From: Camelus dromedarius
Lineage: Eukaryota
Direction: 5' to 3'
DNA length: 64,000 nt
Assembly (NCBI RefSeq): GCF_036321535.1
Contig: NC_087472.1
Location: forward strand, 97,218,001-97,282,000
Shown in pieces: positions 61,671-64,000 of the stretch. Positions within the stretch are counted from its first letter, which is position 1. Every line of letters starts with the position of its first letter. The notes beneath the pieces are model-generated. The model was not told the origin of the DNA. It worked only from the letters and a program-made list of their open reading frames with translations, and ran no database searches. A program made the position numbers and the translations under genes.

Positions 61671-63269
61671 TGGCCTGTGGATGCTCCATGTATTCACTTT
61701 GTGGCTTTATTCATTCAATTCCGAAGTGCCCCTGTCCCTCCTCCAGCTCCATGCAGGGAAAAACCAGATTGAACCAATCAACTGACAGCCAGAAGCCAGG
61801 GTGTTAATAATATTGCAGGGAACTTTTACACAGGGAGTCGAGAGTCCGGGGAAGGAGATTAAAGAGGAGGGACTCCAGGCTATCTCCTTTATGATGGGCT
61901 CTCCGTGGCCTGATGGCCGAGTCAGTTGGAAGGATGAGAACTGTGTTGTGCTAGCATTTCCAGTTGTGCGCATGACTGTATAGGACAATTTTATTTCTGG
62001 TAGACTATGACTCATTCCTATCCTTTGTTCCAAATACTATGGATATGAGTAAAAGAAATACATATATTTCACATTCATTAATGAAGGAGGAAATAGAGAA
62101 GGGAAATGTGAGTAGGGAGGAAAGGAGAATGGAGAGAGGTGGAAAGGGAGTCTTGCCGTGAATTACCTCTTGGGGCCTCAGCCAAGAGCTGCTTCTAGCA
62201 CTCTGACATTACACTGATTTCTCTGGGTTTCCAGAGATATTGCTTAGTGCTCCCTTGTGAGTTCTATGCTATATCCATGCCTTCATCTTCTTTAATTTTC
62301 CTGGAGGTAGGTTCCCAGCAGAGTAAGCACATTGTTAGTCTTGAAGGAAGATGGTGTTACTTTTCTTGCAGAGCAATTCCTTTGGTACTATCATTTTTTC
62401 CTCCTTGTGATTCTATCTGCCGCACTGCTCTTCTCTTTCCACCTTCTCCTTAGACCAACAAAAACCCAACCACATTTCTAAATGAATCCCGCCTCAGATT
62501 ATTCTGAGCTGCATTATAATTAAATAAAAAGAAGTGAAACAGATCTCTTCAACTGGTTCCTTTTTTTATGCTCCAACCTTTTCCCCATTATTCAACAGGA
62601 AAACGTGTCTGATACCTGTTATTTACATTGTGACAGAAATGAATTATCCTAAAAAGTCAACTCTTGCAGTCTCATGTTCATTTTGAACTCTTAGTTCTCA
62701 TTATGTTTATATTTTAGCCTGTCACCTGTTAAGGAGATTCCAAATCTTAGAGTATGAAGGGACATTTGGAGGGGTGAAAGGACTTTCACTTACCTATTCA
62801 ACATTCAAAATATATGGAGAACCTAGTATGTTGTAGTGCCTCTGCTGGATGATGGAGAATACATTATTTCTGAGATGTATATTACAATTAAGACTAACTT
62901 TGAGAGTAAACCTGGAAGGAGAGGAAGATAGGGCAAGAGTTTTAATATTTTGTTCTCTCTGTTGCCTATTGCTTCTTGCTTCAACCAGATACAAGCTTGG
63001 GGCAGTCTCTTCCTCAGCAGTAGTGGCTGGTTGCCAATCAATGCCCTAGGGACTTGCAGATACAGAAATTACAGGCTTTTCACAGCAGGAATTTCCTTTT
63101 TGTTGGAACTGGTGTAGTGGGGAGATTCTGACACTGAGTAGGAGATTGAGTTATAAGACCCAAAGATCCCTCAAAGTTTAGGATGTAGTGATAAGTGATT
63201 ACCGGTTGTCCAAGGGGACAGGCAGCTTAACTTACATGCTGTAGTAGGGTTGTAAGCACTTCACCACTT

Positions 63270-63455
63270 ATATATACCTCTTACCAACACTAGATTCTCA
63301 TAGGAGACCCAGGAAAAGAATATAAAATAATTGCCCATTTTTACCATTGAGGAGACGTAGGCCTACCATGTGCTCCTTAACTGTAGGTCATAAGAACACA
63401 ACCACTATTAATAAGCCTCTAACTCCCAGATACTGTTTCTTATTACTCTGCTGCC
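63270..63455 (-). mobile_element. MIR SINE (degraded)
   Basis: aattgcccatttttaccattgaggagacgtaggc...ctctaactcccaga...tactctgctgcc. Confidence 0.5.
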
Positions 63456-64000
63456 ATGGCCCAGATAAGAAATTTAAATGTGCTAAGTCTCATAACAGTC
63501 CTATATGTTAAAATTCTAGAGAAAGCCAGGAAAAAATAGTAATACTTAAAAAGTTTCTGTGTCTTTTGAATATAAAATAAGCCCTCTTTTGTGGGTGAAT
63601 TCCTTTTACTTCAAAGGTCTTAGGAACAGTTGTGGAATCACATGCATCTGAAAGAGATTTTAGTACTTTTGATTCCGTCTTGCAAAACACTCTGAACAAT
63701 ATCCAAGATTCAACAGAGAGCAAGTTCCTAGGTTGACAAAGGATTCATTTTGTATACCTCATACCTTCTAAGAGATTCAGAGTTCAATAAATGATTCTTG
63801 AAACTTACTGTATATGTAGAAGAACATTTTTTTACCTCTGCTATTAAATAGTAAGTGGACCAGGCTTCACTTGGTGACTACTCTTCTCTCAAACTCTACC
63901 TCTAACTAGATTTGGTTGAAATCCATTAACATTTTAAGAAGATGCATTTTACTGATCATGTTTTGTTTCAAAATGGAAGAGTGAGCCAGAAACCAACTTT

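Noticed and set aside
276..63723. Remaining 60-127 aa ORFs in the track
   Set aside because: Lengths and F/L/I/S-rich composition fit random ORFs in AT-rich DNA, many start at non-ATG codons, and none resembles a protein I know.

Overview
AT-rich, CpG-depleted placental mammal genomic DNA, intronic or intergenic. I recognise no protein-coding gene, tRNA/rRNA gene, CpG island or prokaryotic system. The only ORF-track peptides I can identify are decayed LINE-1 ORF1p/ORF2p; I also read a hAT transposase remnant by hand. Roughly half the window (estimated by eye) is interspersed repeat: L2, MIR, old L1M, MaLR/ERVL LTRs, hAT MER elements, Tigger2-type elements and two large minus-strand L1s. The best-supported structures are (i) a four-layer nested insertion L2>MER5>L1>Tigger2 at about 36.9-42.3 kb, whose L1 TSD mismatches all fall at two former CpGs, and (ii) a near full-length ~6.6 kb L1 with a 16-17 bp TSD inside an older L1 that also hosts an MLT1 solo LTR. 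Repeat-poor intervals carry MEIS/PBX/HOX-type motif clusters (7.8-8.1 kb, 43.2-43.6 kb) and several plus-strand exon-like segments (best 27496-27612 and 31991-32043), possibly from an unannotated spliced transcript. No lineage-specific young SINEs were seen and the young L1 looks cetartiodactyl-like, tentatively suggesting a camelid-like genome. Repeat subfamily names come from recalled consensus sequences, not a search, and boundaries without TSDs are approximate. I found no convincing novel biological system; the exon and enhancer calls are hypotheses.
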